Below are positions 28,699 through 42,027 of a stretch of DNA of 64,000 bases, one piece after another. The notes beneath the pieces are model-generated. The model was not told where the DNA came from, searched no databases, and worked only from the letters and a program-made list of their open reading frames with translations. The position numbers and the translations under genes are program-made. Numbering within the stretch: the stretch's first letter is position 1; every line of letters starts with the position of its first letter. Origin of the DNA: Octopus vulgaris (lineage: Eukaryota); contig OX597823.1 of NCBI GenBank assembly GCA_951406725.2, positions 75,454,001-75,518,000 of the forward strand. Reading direction: 5' to 3'.

Positions 28699-28870
28699 AC
28701 ATTTCTACTCTAGGCACAAGGCTCGAAATTTTGTGAGAGGGGGCCAGTCGATTAGATAGACCCCAGTGTGCAACTGTTACTTAATTTATCAACCTCGAAA
28801 GGATGAAAGGCAAAGTCGACCTCGGCGGAATTTGAACTCAGAACATAAAGACACACAAGATACCGCTAAT
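28699..28870 (-). mobile_element. Nin-like SINE
   Basis: gaaaggatgaaaggcaaagtcgacctcggcggaatttgaactcagaac is identical to the 42146-42193 segment. Confidence 0.9.
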
Positions 28871-29179
28871 TTGATAGGCATTTTAGACAAGTATTTACAT
28901 CCTGACTTTCAGGACCTTTTAACATTGGTTTCCCCTCACAATATCGCAACAAGGCCTTATCATTGATTATTTAGGGTCACCATTGTGATTAATCCTGTAA
29001 TTTTTGTTGTTTTGCATGTTTTGGAGCTTTTGCAATTAAAATAGTTTTACTACTACCGTAACTATCCCCATCTTTTAACATTTAGTTTCTGCTATAAGTG
29101 CAGTTGTTTATCATATGCTTGATATTATATCTGTGGTAGGTTTTTACTCTTCTATATTTTTAGAAATGAGGAATTGTGT

Positions 29180-30052
29180 ACATTATTTACATTTGATGGA
29201 TACTTGTCCTCATCTTCTTTATGTTAAGACAACGTTTCGGCTGATATACCCTCCGGCTTCATCATGTGTCTTGGGGAAATTTCGAACATGGGTCTACTCC
29301 ATGTAAAGGGCTCTCCGAAAAAGATACAAAAGATATGCGTTCCATATGATATCAGGACATTATTCTAGAGTAATACAAACTTCGCAAATATCTCTTTCGG
29401 GTAAAATCACAAATAGAAGAGAATATGACCAAAAACTGCGTGTACTGTACTCCATCCTATGCAGCTGTGGTAGGTTATACAAAGGCGAAAAGTGCCGCCC
29501 CCTCAAATTAAAGGTAGAGGAATATCGCAAACATGTGACACGAGGAGATATTGAAAAATCGTGTATAGCTGATCATGTATGGAAACACGGAGACCACCTC
29601 CACCTGTGGGATGAAGGTAAAATAATAGACCGAGAACATCACTGGAAAATACGAAAACCAAAAGTAGCAGCACATATGCTGGGACACAACAAACTCCTAA
29701 GCAGGCCTCGTTCAGATATGAGCAGCATATAGGAACGGGCATTAAAGAAGGATAGAAAAATATTATATTCATAAGCCCTAAAAATTCACTCCCTAATTGC
29801 CCACGGGAATATGGCGTAGTGGTTAAGAGTCCGGGCTACTAATCCCGACATTCCGAGTTCAATTCTAGGCAGTGATCTAAATAATAATAATAATAATGAT
29901 ATTAATAATAATAATAATAATACCATACCATAGGGAATAATACCATACCATAGGAATGAAAACCCAGGTTCGAAATTTCCCCTAGACACCTAATGAAGGT
30001 GTGTTAACAACAAACAAGATGACAACAAATATCCGTGAAATGTAAATAATGT
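29180..30052 (+). mobile_element. truncated Penelope-like element: GIY-YIG fragment between inverted terminal repeats
   Basis: ORF 29346-29732 VLYSILCSCGRLYKGEKCRPLKLKVEEY...KSCIADHVWKHGDH..WDEGKIIDREHHW is a Penelope/Poseidon-type GIY-YIG. 29180-29293 is the rc of 29962-30052. Degenerate hammerhead on the minus strand at 29229-29270. Confidence 0.88.
29800..29880 (+). mobile_element. tRNA-derived SINE head inside the Penelope element
   Basis: A box TGGCGTAGTGG, B box GAGTTCAATTC, followed by (AAT)n; no acceptor stem. Confidence 0.7.
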
Positions 30053-31487
30053 GGTAAGTTTTGTTGATTGTAGCGATCGTAAGTGCAACAGCCTAACCCT
30101 TAAGCCTTATGCTCTTTAATACATGGTTTGAATTATATAACTGTCAAAAACGAAGAAATGTTCACGGGTGTATTAAACAGTCTCACAGCGAAAATTCAGT
30201 AACCAACATAGATTCAAATTTGCCACTATCTATTCTCTATTTGATATTCTGCTCATTAATGATCGCTTTAATCACACAATATAGATTCTATGATTAGTAC
30301 TCATTCCAGTGTCACTTTCATGATATATTATTTCTATTCCCTATTGGCCATGCTAAATATATTATGTAATTAATGTATGTCTTGATTTTATATTATATTA
30401 ATCAGATGCGCAAACAAGAAAATACGCTTGTTATCATTATTCAGTCAGTAACATATGGTTTTTGACATATCATAAATCAAATTGTTTAATTGAGCATAAC
30501 ATTCTAATATTGAATTTTTATATATCTACACCACATCTGCCTATTTATTTATACTCTCAGTTGGGTATATTTAGGTATCGACGTAACACTGTAAGAGCTT
30601 CTGTAGTAATCGTTCTCCCAATTCTGTTGTATAATCAAGACCATCTGACAGGAAAAAATTGGAACACAGTTATCTGTAATGTTTAACTTCATTTCTCTGA
30701 TTTTTGTATAGGAATTCATACTTCTATACACATGATACCTGCTGTTATAACGCACAATAACGTCTTCAAAAATTGAATATTTTGCCACCTACTTGCAATT
30801 ACCGATTTTATCTAGTCTTCAGCATTATCAACCCGGTGTTAAATCCTGAATTGCATACGCATCGAATAATAGAAATATTTGTAAAGTGATCAGACAAACA
30901 ATTGCATTTGGTAAACAAGCAATGACAGCCGCGCTGACTGAATTTACATCGAGATTCATCCATTTTAATCCAGGTCAACCCTGTCAAAATTTTAAAGATA
31001 TTTTTAAAAAGGGGGGATAACAAACACACGGAGCATCTAGTTAACATTTATTGCAGTAAACAAATCAAATACAACTGTCCTCAAATGATGACAGTGAGCC
31101 CGACTGGAACGATTTTCAATATAGTTTTTAGAAACCAGGATTGTTCGAACTGAACAAGATTTAATATTAGACAAAACACAAAGCTACAATTCGCTTGGCG
31201 ATGTCATGTTGTAATGTAATAAAAAGGGTTCAATACGTCAATACTTCTTGGGGTAATATGTAACAGAATTACATATATAAATACAGTTCTATGCAGCTAA
31301 GAGTACCAAATGGTACATTTATTGCCTTGTGAACGTAATTATAGAGCTAGACTAGATAAACTTGATTGATGGTTCACAATTCCCTGATGTGATATCATAA
31401 TCCCGTAGCAGGGAGTGGAATTTTTTATAAGATTCGCAATCGCATTTAAATGTCGATGTACGAGTACAATTACATACGTACTCATAC

Positions 31488-31606
31488 TTGTTCGTGCATA
31501 TATATAGGGAGAGAGAGTGGGAGGGAGAGAGAGGGAGAGGGAGAGAGAGGAAGACAGAGGGATAGGAAGAGAGGGGGAGAGAGGGGGAGAGAGAAAGAGA
31601 AATATA

Positions 31607-31656
<50 letters not shown>

Positions 31657-32069
31657 AATACACACACGGCCACACACACACATATATATACGTATATATA
31701 CATAGACACACATACATACACACACACACATATTTATATATATATATATATATATATATACAAACATGCATATCTATGTGTGTGTGTTTGTTCGTGCATA
31801 TATATAGGGAGAGAGAGGGGGAGGGACAGAGAGGGAGAGGGAGAGAGAGGAAGAGAGAGGGACAGGAAGAGAGGGGGAGAGACGGGGAGAGTGAAAGAGA
31901 AATATATATATGTATATATATATATATATATATAAATTTATATATATATATACACACATGTGTCTATATATGTATATGTATATATGTATATATACAAATA
32001 CACAAACAGCCACACACACACATATATATATATACATATATATATACATAGACACACATAGACACACAT

Positions 32070-32104
<35 letters not shown>

Positions 32105-32140
32105 CATACATATACATGCATATCTATGTGTGTGTGTTTG
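31488..32140. repeat. tandem duplication of a ~300 bp purine-rich/microsatellite unit
   Basis: ttgttcgtgcatatatatagggagagagag starts at 31488 and again at 31788; both units end catgcatatctatgtgtgtgtgtttg. Confidence 0.92.
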
Positions 32141-32749
32141 TATGTTTTTGTTTCTATGAGCGTGCGTACTGCCCATATAGATAAACTGGATTCAATAATT
32201 ACATGTTAATAAAGAGATTATAATCAGACAGAAAAGGCAGCTATAAAATCTAATGAGCTGATATAATTGGGGTTAAATGATCAGGGTAGCATTAACCAAA
32301 GTATAATGCCGTCTCAACTGAACTATTTCCACGTTTTCGCACTTAATCAATTGGTTTGAGTCGCAATGAAATATATCCTCTTGCCAATTACCACTACGGT
32401 TTGTAGATGTAGCTAAGTTAATAGAGGAAATAGAGGATGATGATAGCGATTATAATAATTTTAATATGCTAAAAATAATGATGTGATAGCCTGATTGAAT
32501 AGGACATGTCGATATGGAAGCAGATATATTTGATTGAATTTAAGCGTAGTGTATTATTGTTATTAATGTCTATATGCATCAGCGAACAACTCCCTTGCCT
32601 ACAGTATCAGATTTGATATCAGAAATCAAAAAATATAACAAATGAAGGCTACTGAAGATATGACATTCTTTACGTTTCATTATCCATTCTGCAAGGGATT
32701 CATGTATATGTATACAAATATGAATCTCATCCATACACATACAATTATA

Positions 32750-32809
<60 letters not shown>

Positions 32810-32814
32810 TATAC

Positions 32815-33073
32815 TCAAAATAAGCAACAAGAATGACTGCGGTAATTTGGTACGATCGTTTCGTACTACGTCATTTTATTAAATCTTGTAAGTAATATTT
32901 ACAACATTTATTAAAATGATGTAGTACGAAACGATCGTACCACATTATCGGGGTCATTGTGGTTGCTTATTTTGATTATAATCACCCCACGGATTTTTGT
33001 GGATAATACCATACAGAATTCTGGTGCATCTAAATTAACTACCATATTCATTTGAATATAAATTTTTGCTGAA

Positions 33074-33080
<7 letters not shown>
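32815..33080. mobile_element. fold-back PLE-terminal element (family B-related), ~160 bp hairpin plus tail
   Basis: 32815-32975 is self-complementary; each arm has a hammerhead 3' half GAAA-CGATCG-TA; flanked by (TA)n. Confidence 0.85.
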
Positions 33081-33110
<30 letters not shown>

Positions 33111-33116
<6 letters not shown>

Positions 33117-33240
33117 AATACAGTGTACATTTAAACACATAAGAGATGACCATAATCGGACATCTGACTCACTAGAAAGAGCAGTTAAAACACTCCAAGA
33201 CCATCTCTTATGTGTTTAAGTGTACGCTGTATTTTTCTAT
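33111..33240. repeat. 38 bp inverted repeat with ~53 bp spacer
   Basis: atagaaaatacagtgtacatttaaacacataagagatg vs catctcttatgtgtttaagtgtacgctgtatttttctat. Confidence 0.9.
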
Positions 33241-35356
33241 GAATAACATACAGCCTATTGACTAAATTTTTTCCTTATCGCTAGACCACTGGTAGAAAAT
33301 ATTTTTTCTATAAGTATATTCTCTGCTACCCTTAGATTTTTTAATATATATGTATGTATATATATATCATATATCGTATGTATCTCAAAATATATATATA
33401 GTGGACGTAGTCGATGTAGCCCAACTGCAAAAATTGATACAGCGCTGGACAAAATAAATATCAGCGTTTCATCCGGCACTATATTGTATGGTCATATTTG
33501 TCTTAAGACCTCTTTACATTCCAGCGCTGAAGAGGCAATAAAAGAAGTACCAGTTGAGTACTGGGGGTTACGTAATATGGTACACTTTATTCAGAATTGA
33601 AACCTACTTTTTAGTAGAAACTATCGTCTCTCTGTGTATATACTCATATACACGCACATACGTACATGCATTTATACATATGCACATGCATATACACATA
33701 CATATACTTACATATATAGAAATGGCAACTAAAATAAGAGGCAAGAAAAAATATGAGGCATACATTACAATATCAATTAAAACTCAATATACAAAAATCA
33801 TAGTATATATCACGTAACACACATTGTAACTCTCCCTTTTGGAGTTTATGTTATCCCTGTCTGTGTTAAATTTCGGATTTTGTTAGTGGGCAATATAAGA
33901 CTGTTTCATATGATATATCCATTCTATTCATTATATATCCCGGCACCAACCCTTTCTGAGTACTTATTTTTGATAATCAATTTTACCGAGATTGAAGTAA
34001 TTGTTCTTACCATTAATGTCACAAAATAATTACTGTTTGCTCATCATTATCAAGGGCCAAACGTTTACAAATTCAGCTTCTTTAATCTCTGTATTTTGTT
34101 TTAAACATTTATTTATGATTTTCACTTATTTGTGTAACTCTTCCTTTTTAGAATGATATACTTACTGAAGGACAAAGAGAAAGCGCTTCATGAAATTACT
34201 AGAAAGTTTTTCTTTATTTCCTAACTAAATATTTCTAGAAGATAATTGTTTTCAATGTCCAAATTAAAAGTAGGGTCGTCTAAAATACCCCATGTCCTTG
34301 GTTTAGAAAATGAACACCAAAAACAATACCTTACACAAATAAATCGTTTTAACAATCGAAGTCCTTGAGAACACCGCACACTTTAATACGGGCGGAATAT
34401 AATAATAGCAGTAATAACAATGATAGCAATAACAACAACAACTAGAACAACAACAAAAAAATTGATGATGATGATGATAAGAATAATAATAATATAAACA
34501 AGACTTGGCACGCAAGCAAAGGAAAGGAAACACGTTGCAAACAGAAAACCAGACAAATTAAACAATTAGCAAGAAGATATGTGAAGTGACGACGACAATA
34601 TAATTTTCAAGTGTACGTGCGTGATCAGAGAGTTGGTGAGAATCAGACAGAGTCATTGACACGCATACACACATTTACACAGATATATACATACTTGAAT
34701 ACATATATGGTGTGTGTGTGTGTGTGTTGTAAAAGAGAGTGGGTTTAAACAAGGTCAATGATAGAAAATCAATAAGAATGCAGACAACAGAGATATACGC
34801 AGGAAGCTGACGTGAAAGGAAGTGATGTGGCGGCAGTTTAGTACGATGCTTGAGTGAGTGCCATAGAAAATAACACTTGTAATTGACTGTAAATTGTTGC
34901 GCCTAGAATATATTAATTTTTTCATTACTTAACTGAACAGGTAGTAGCACCCATGACAATTTGCGTTCTAATTTCTAATGGTTAGCTCGAAAGAATTAGT
35001 ATACTGGCACAATATCGGTAACTTTGGTGACTTCCTATTTCTCTGAGAATTAAGGGAAGAAGTGCAAAGCAGTGGCTTAAAGAAAGGCACCTGGGATGTG
35101 TAATTGTTTCATATTAAGCTATTAGTAGTTCTCACAGACAATAGGAAGAAAAATGCATGCACAGGCGTATCAACGTATCAGCAAACGAATAGAGTAGCGT
35201 AAGGTGAAATTGCCGCAGCGTGATGTCGTGTCTTGGCGGCGATGACTTGTAGTTTAATATATATCCTCCCTTGAATGATTATGCAGCGTTGCGTTGTATA
35301 CAAAATTAGAGATATATAGATATCACTTTTTGGAGAAACATATACATATTATTCAT

Positions 35357-35746
35357 AGGCGCAGGAGTGGCTGTGTGGTAAGTAGCTTGTTTACCAACCA
35401 CATGTGTGGCACCTTGGGCAAGTGTCTTCTACTATAGCCTCGGGCCGACCAAAGCCTTGTGAGTGGATTTGGTTGACGGAAACTGAAAGAAATCCGTCGT
35501 ATATATGTATATATATATATGAATGTGTGTATGTGTGTGTGTGTTTGTGTGAGTGTGTTTGTCCCCCTAGCATTGCTTGACAACCGATGCTGGTGTGTTT
35601 ACGTCCCCGTCACTTAACGGTTCGGCAAAAGAGACCGATAGAATAAGTACTGGGCTTTCAAAGAATAAGTCCCGGGGTCGATTTGCTCGACTAAAGGCGG
35701 TGCTCCAGCATGGCCGCAGTCAAATGACTGAAACAAGTAAAAGAGT
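35357..35746 (+). mobile_element. CORE-like tRNA-derived SINE with internal microsatellite
   Basis: Head tggctgtgtggtaag; CORE-like accttgggcaagtgtctt; tail aaatgactgaaacaagtaaaagag. Copies at 45135-45533 and 61884-62275. Confidence 0.9.
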
Positions 35747-36093
35747 ATATCATTTAGAATGTCATTTAGAATATATATACATAATAGAAAAATTATATAT
35801 CGATATGTATATGCATAATAAATTTTTTATCATCGTAAGGGATTGGTTAATGTCTAAAAGTTATATAAGCTGGAGATTTTTGAATTGTATTGCATCAGTC
35901 AATTGACTAACGAAATATCTAACATTTTTTTACCATGGTCTTAGATTTCATCGTGGTAATGATTTAGTTACTTTTAGATTTATATATGTATCTCTCTAAT
36001 AATATATCTATAAATGCGCGTATGTATGCGTTTTATACAAATGCTCACACACAAATAAATATTTACTTAATTATATGTATATGCATATATGTG

Positions 36094-36129
<36 letters not shown>

Positions 36130-36458
36130 AAGGTATATGCATGTATACGCACATATATATATATATATATGTATTTATATATATATTTATATATATTTAT
36201 ATATATGTATGGCGAACTGACACTTGAAGAAATGCACAAATTACAACCAATGGTCATTTCCTTAGGTAAGGCAGTAATTTTACACCACTTGCCGCATAGC
36301 ATACGATACGGATCTTTCATGAAGTGTTACTCATTTGATTGCGTGGGTTTTGCTAATACCTACAAAAATATATGTACGCATACAGCATTAGAGCATTTAG
36401 TTCTCATTTCTATCAATGTGTTTTTAACACCTTAGTCGTATTTAGTGACAGTTATGGT

Positions 36459-36508
<50 letters not shown>

Positions 36509-36773
36509 CGGGAATGTTTACGAAAATAAACAAAAGACGAAGGCAGGTGGAGTACAAACAAACAAATGTATTAGTATGGCGCTCTTTGACAGAAAGATAC
36601 ACAGAAAAGAAACAAGGAGAGAAAAAAATGCGTGTAGGAGCTAACGGTCATTCATGGCGTTCGAAATGCACTTTAGTATAAATACATTTTTGTCTAAACT
36701 CACTTTGGTCTTAGAACTATTTTGCCTCTAGTATCTAAAAATAAAATAGAAAATTATCTAAATAAATCCACTC

Positions 36774-36970
36774 TAATAATCCTTTCTTGTGCAAAGAACT
36801 ATCGTCTAATCATTATTTTAGTATAATGACTTGTTTGTTTTACGAGACAAACTGTATAAATTTAAGTTTCCTAATAATCCTTTTTGTACAAAGAACTATC
36901 GTGTATTGATTATTTTGGTATAATGACTTCATTGTTTCACGACACTAACTGCATAAATTTTAGTTTCCCC
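36774..36970. repeat. ~97 bp tandem duplication in the MULE subterminal region
   Basis: taatccttt..tgt.caaagaactatcgt...agtttcc occurs twice. Confidence 0.9.
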
Positions 36971-37129
36971 ATTAATTCGTTTACATATATCTCAATGTTT
37001 TTGAGTTGTAAAGCTTATTATTCATTCTTCGTATTTTAGTTATGTTAGTGGAGAAGATGATTAAGAGAGAATTTTCATTGTTGCAGGACCATCATACATG
37101 TAATAGCTACGTTCATCAAAACACTGGCC

Positions 37130-37132
37130 CCA

Positions 37133-37212
<80 letters not shown>

Positions 37213-37426
37213 TGGTGAAAAAGGTAAGATAACAACAGAAAAAAAGAGACCTCAATATTATGTAAATAGAGGAATTTATCTGTGAATATAATATGTGACA
37301 ATTATTCGGTATCCAACTCTGAGTTTCGGATGCCGAGGTGGAAATCCACACCACCATCTCTTCAGATATCCGACCATCGGAAAAACGCCTAGGTGGAAAT
37401 CAACACCACTATCTCTTCAGTTATCC
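37130..37426 (-). mobile_element. family A hammerhead-type element inserted in the MULE transposase
   Basis: aatatgtgacaattattcggt...ctgagtttcggatgccgaggtggaaatccac..ctcttcag matches 17211-17298; partial tandem repeat at 37391-37426. Confidence 0.88.
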
Positions 37427-38574
37427 ACGGTGAAATATATCCTCTTATTTTTGTATTGCTACCAGAGAAGTCGTAAGAAATTTACGTTCAAAGTTGTATG
37501 CACTTCTAGAAGGATACAAGCTCACGGAATTGAAAATGGCATTACACAGGTGAGCACAGAATTTAAACTGTCAGCTCGAAATGTATTTTCACCTATTTGT
37601 GGTAACAATGCTTTGCATTTCTGTTTTTCCCTTTCCGCCAATCGACCTGGAAAAAATTTCAGCCATTGGGACTTATAACTCTTTATAATAATGATATAGA
37701 CTTTTCTTTATTCTGTCGAAAAGTGAACGCTTTGGTCTTTGCGCCTGTTGCTGTTGTACCAATAGGACTGCAATACTTGAAACAAAGTGCACCTGAAAAT
37801 GTATTTCCGTTTATTGAATACATAGAAAATACTTTTGAAAATGTTATGCTACGACGAAATTGAAGACGGATAAAGACATTAGTATCAATACCTGAATGGA
37901 ATGTTTACGATTGCACACGTGATGGTAAAGCACGTTCAATTAATTCTATTGAAGCATGGCATTGGCCATTTGGGGTCTTCGATCACATTCGAGTCCATAT
38001 AACGTTCTTGATGTTCTAAGAAGAGAAGAACAATTCATCACAGCAATGTTATCTCAACTTTACGTAAGGGCAAGCCCCAAGAAGAAAAGTACCATAAGCA
38101 GCAAGAAGAGAGAAAATAATATTACAAGTTGTCAATTTCAAGAATCGATCAATGGAACATTACCTTCCTAATATTGCTTATAATCTGGGTTCTTTATAAC
38201 TTTCATTTTCATTCACATTGATGTCCTAATTGTCGATATAACTGTTACTTAAACATGAATGGTGCAATTACGTCGCCAGGAATGGTCTACTGGTGCCGTC
38301 GCTAGGGAATGGTAGGGGTTCGCTCTCCTACTCACAATTTTATTAGATGCAGCTATGCATCGTTAACCACCTAGAGATGTCTTCTTGGGGTTAAAAATTG
38401 CAATAGAATCCACTCGAACGGCTAGCCATGTTAAAGTGGTTACGAATATTACTTGTCATTTTCATTTTTTTTATACTGATAAATCTATATTCTTTTTGAA
38501 GCATATATATTACGCATATATGAACTTTATTTATCAATAGATATAATCACACAAGTTTCGTTATACGTTACCTA

Positions 38575-38742
38575 AGTGTCATTATACCAAGGTGTCTTTA
38601 GATGAGACTGTCCTTAGATGAATGAGCTTTGGCGGAAATGATTTACGACAAATGTGTCTTTAGACAAAACTTTTTTTGGAGCAAATTGTCTTAAACTAAA
38701 GTGGTTTAGACCAAGGTGTATTAGACTAAAGTGCCATATCAC
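38575..38742. repeat. 15-16 bp degenerate tandem repeats in the MULE right TIR
   Basis: About ten units of approximate consensus TTAGACCAAAGTGTC. Confidence 0.8.
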
Positions 38743-40753
38743 ATATATATAGAGTTTGTAGAAAGCATAAATCCGGAGAAATTACATATATATATATATG
38801 TGCGTGTGTGTGTAGAAAGAGAGAGACGGAGGGAGAGGGAGAAAGAGAATTAAAGAAAGAGAATTAAAGAAAGAGAATCATACATACATACATACGTGTA
38901 GAAGGTTAGAGGTATAGATCTATATGGTTCTGTTTTTTCTATATACATCAAACAACAAAATGAAAGCCGCTTCCAGAGTTATAGGTTCATGCATAAGGCC
39001 TGTTTCCTTAGCAGAATATGCTTCGTAGTTTTATTTCTGTGACAGCACTATGCCTGCCATTGAACCACTTACTATCTACATAATTTCCTCCTAATTTTCC
39101 TGAATTCCTGTTTGTGGAAAGCAATTTATGACTACGAAAATGTAGCATTCATGTTTAAATAATAGTTACATTTTATATGGCATCGGCAATTAGGACATCA
39201 ATGTGAATGAAAGAAAAACATATTTATCTCTTTACAACATAAAACGGGCTTTGAATTTTATTTTCTCATCGAATACCCTCTCTTTTTCTTCAGATTTGCT
39301 GTTAAGTCATGCACTCCCTCTCTCACTTTATCCCCCTGTATCTCTCTCTAAGCCTGTTGCAAATAACACTCGAAGGCTTTTGCCTTTCACACCCAGAACC
39401 CTCGTCAACTGTCCTCGATATTATTGACTTATACTCGTTGAAACTGAGTTTATCATACTCAGCATCAGCTAATTCATGTATCCAACGTATTAGTGTTTCT
39501 CTGCGGAAAGTGGTATGTCTTACAGTATTATTAGTTACAAAGAAACATAGTATATCATTAATAAAATATATCTAACATAAGCCAAACCAAAGGAAAACAG
39601 ATTCAAATAAATAATGCTTTTTGAGATTTGATCAAATAAAAACCAATTTTATGTTAGGGGAGAGCAGATGCTTTTACGTCTCATTCGCTTTAGCATTGAT
39701 ATTAATTAAACTAAGTTCCTTTTAATTGATTTCACAGCGGTGCACCGACTTCAGTAATTGTCAGGCTAGGAAATTGAGTAGTACCCTTCTGTAAGACATA
39801 TTTTTGTATTTTGAGCATGATTCGTTTCAGGTCATCGGTGGGCTAATCCGTATCGTCACGGACAGATAACCGATTGCTCACTTTTATAATTCGAAGGTCT
39901 TGCTTTGTTCATGATGTTGGATTTATGATGTTTATTCTCATGTCCATTTCGAATGTATAAGTCTGAACAAAGCGTTCTACAGGTGGCAAAACCCGTGTTT
40001 CTACAAATGTAAAGAGAACGGACGAATAATATCTTATCAGCACATCGATAAGTCGATAATGTATGACATAGCAAGAATTAGCTGTCATTCCTAGCAAGTC
40101 AAATAACCTCGTATAGTTTGTATTGATTGATACAATTAAACCTAGCTTTCTAACAGTTCCCTAATGGTTACACAATAGGGGAATACTGTTAAATCTCAAT
40201 TGTGAAATCCTAAATCTTTGAATCTGCAACATCAAATATCCCGCAATGAGTCATTGAAGACCGATGTATCTGAACATTCGACTTAGTAAAAACAGCCGCT
40301 GCATCTACTCTCAAATCACGCTTTACCATTATGAAACAGTACACGTCGGTGTACTGTATACTCCTAGAATGATGGGACGTCGAGAGAGCCTTTCATCAAA
40401 AATATAATCAAATTTGATGAATGAATTATTAGCTTGTCGTGATGTTATTATAAAGTCTTTCACAAAAGTATGATTCTTTTTTGTTTTTCTATAATATCAT
40501 GTATTCCTAAAATTACATAATATAATATTAAAGAAATAATAATGCCTTTCATAAGATGAGTTATATTTTCACTAGTGAATTGATTAGATTAACAAATTTC
40601 AACTGTTCGGATACTTGCTATAATCATTACGTTTAAAGTCAAATAAAGTGTTTCTAATACTTCTACTCGACAATTATAAGCGCGTGTGCCATAAGAAGCA
40701 TAGTGATTGTATTTTCGTTCAGACCTCCAAGTGTGTCCAAGTTAAATAATATA

Positions 40754-41272
40754 TTGGGTTGTCCGGAAAGTTCGTGCCGGACAACTAGTAGCTTACCTTT
40801 CGTCATATTTTAGATCATGGTTGAGTTCATAAAATAGGATTTGACTACACCTCCATTTAGAGCACAGCTTACGCTATTTTTCGTGGAAGAAGGTTTGTGT
40901 TTCTACAACCTGTGTTCATTCTGTAACCCTTTAAAATGGAGTATAAGTTTATTTTCGGCACTTAATGCTTTAGGAGCAAAACAAAGATTGGTGCAGCTCG
41001 GCTGGGATGTGTTACCCCACCCTCCATATTCACCAGATATTGCTCGTTCGGATTTCTACTTATTCAGGTCCCTGCAGAATAGTCTTAATGGTAATTATTT
41101 CAATTCCTTGGATGGCGTAAAAAGATAACTTGATGAATTATTTGCCATGAAACCATCTCAATTCTAGGAAGAGGGCATTTTCGAGTTAAAGGAAAGATGG
41201 AGACACATTGTGCAACAAAATGGTTCATATTTGGTTGATTAAAAATCGGCACGAACTTTCCGGACAACAGAA
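40754..41272 (+). mobile_element. internally deleted mariner with both TIRs and TA target duplication
   Basis: TA|ttgggttgtccggaaagttcgtgccg ... cggcacgaactttccggacaacagaa|TA. Encodes LGWDVLPHPPYSPDIARSDFYLFRSLQNSL...ERWRHIVQQNGSY. Confidence 0.95.
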
Positions 41273-42027
41273 TACATCGTAGAATATTTCAGAAGTTGTT
41301 CCATGTGCAAATTTGCATACAAGTTGGAAGTGCCTCTATTAAATGGTTAGGAAGAAAATCAAACAACTGGTGTACAGGAGTATCGTTATTCTTAAATGTT
41401 ACTTTTTCCTTATGGAATATCAATATTTGAAATGTAATAAAATATATATATATATATATTGCGTGTGCGTTTGAGTGCGTGTGTGTGTGCGCGTGCGTGT
41501 GTGTGTACGTGTGTGTGTGTGTGTATGTGTGTGTGTGTGTGTGTGTGTATGTGATTCTCGGGGAAAAGGTAAAGAAATGATTTTATGTTCTATTCATAAT
41601 AAATGACTGTCAAGAGATTCTTTTTCATTTATAAACTTTGGCAAAAATCCGTCAGAAAATGTGATTGATCATCACTGAAAAATACTACTATACAATAATG
41701 TTGTATGAAATACCTAAATCGCAATTCTAGCAGAAATCAATTGGAAATAATTTTACCTTGATTCAACATAACGGCGTTGGGCAGAAATCTCTCCTTCAAG
41801 TCAAAACAGCAACTTTATCGAACCAGCCAATTAGGATGACCATTGTTCCGCTGATTTCAAATCTCACTCTTAAATGTGTTAATAAACTCTTGTATTCTGC
41901 TATTTTACATCGTTTTTATTCTTTTGTTGGTTACTCTTTAATTATTTGTTTGTAATATCTACCTGTGGTCTCCTTCTCATGTTTCTTTATGCCCCACAAG
42001 ATCTCATATTTAATCGATGAATGAGCG

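Larger units (their letters stand above)
36668..38742 (+). mobile_element. Mutator-like (MULE) transposon with foldback-type TIRs, decayed
   Basis: Left TIR 36668-36730 (gcactttagtataaataca..tgtctaaactcactttggtc) is the rc of 38680-38734. Transposase pieces: SGEDD*ERIFI..LRSSKHW (37045-37128); IYPLIFVLLPEKS; STEFKLSARNVF; QSTWKK; LGLITLYNNDIDFSLFCRKVNALVFAPV; EWNVYDCTRDGKARSINSIEAWH; IAYNL. Confidence 0.85.

Noticed and set aside
29800-29880. tRNA gene
   Set aside because: A/B boxes are present but there is no acceptor stem; followed by (AAT)n, so it is a SINE head
38575-38742. CRISPR-like array
   Set aside because: Contiguous degenerate 15-16 bp units without spacers, part of a MULE TIR, in eukaryotic context
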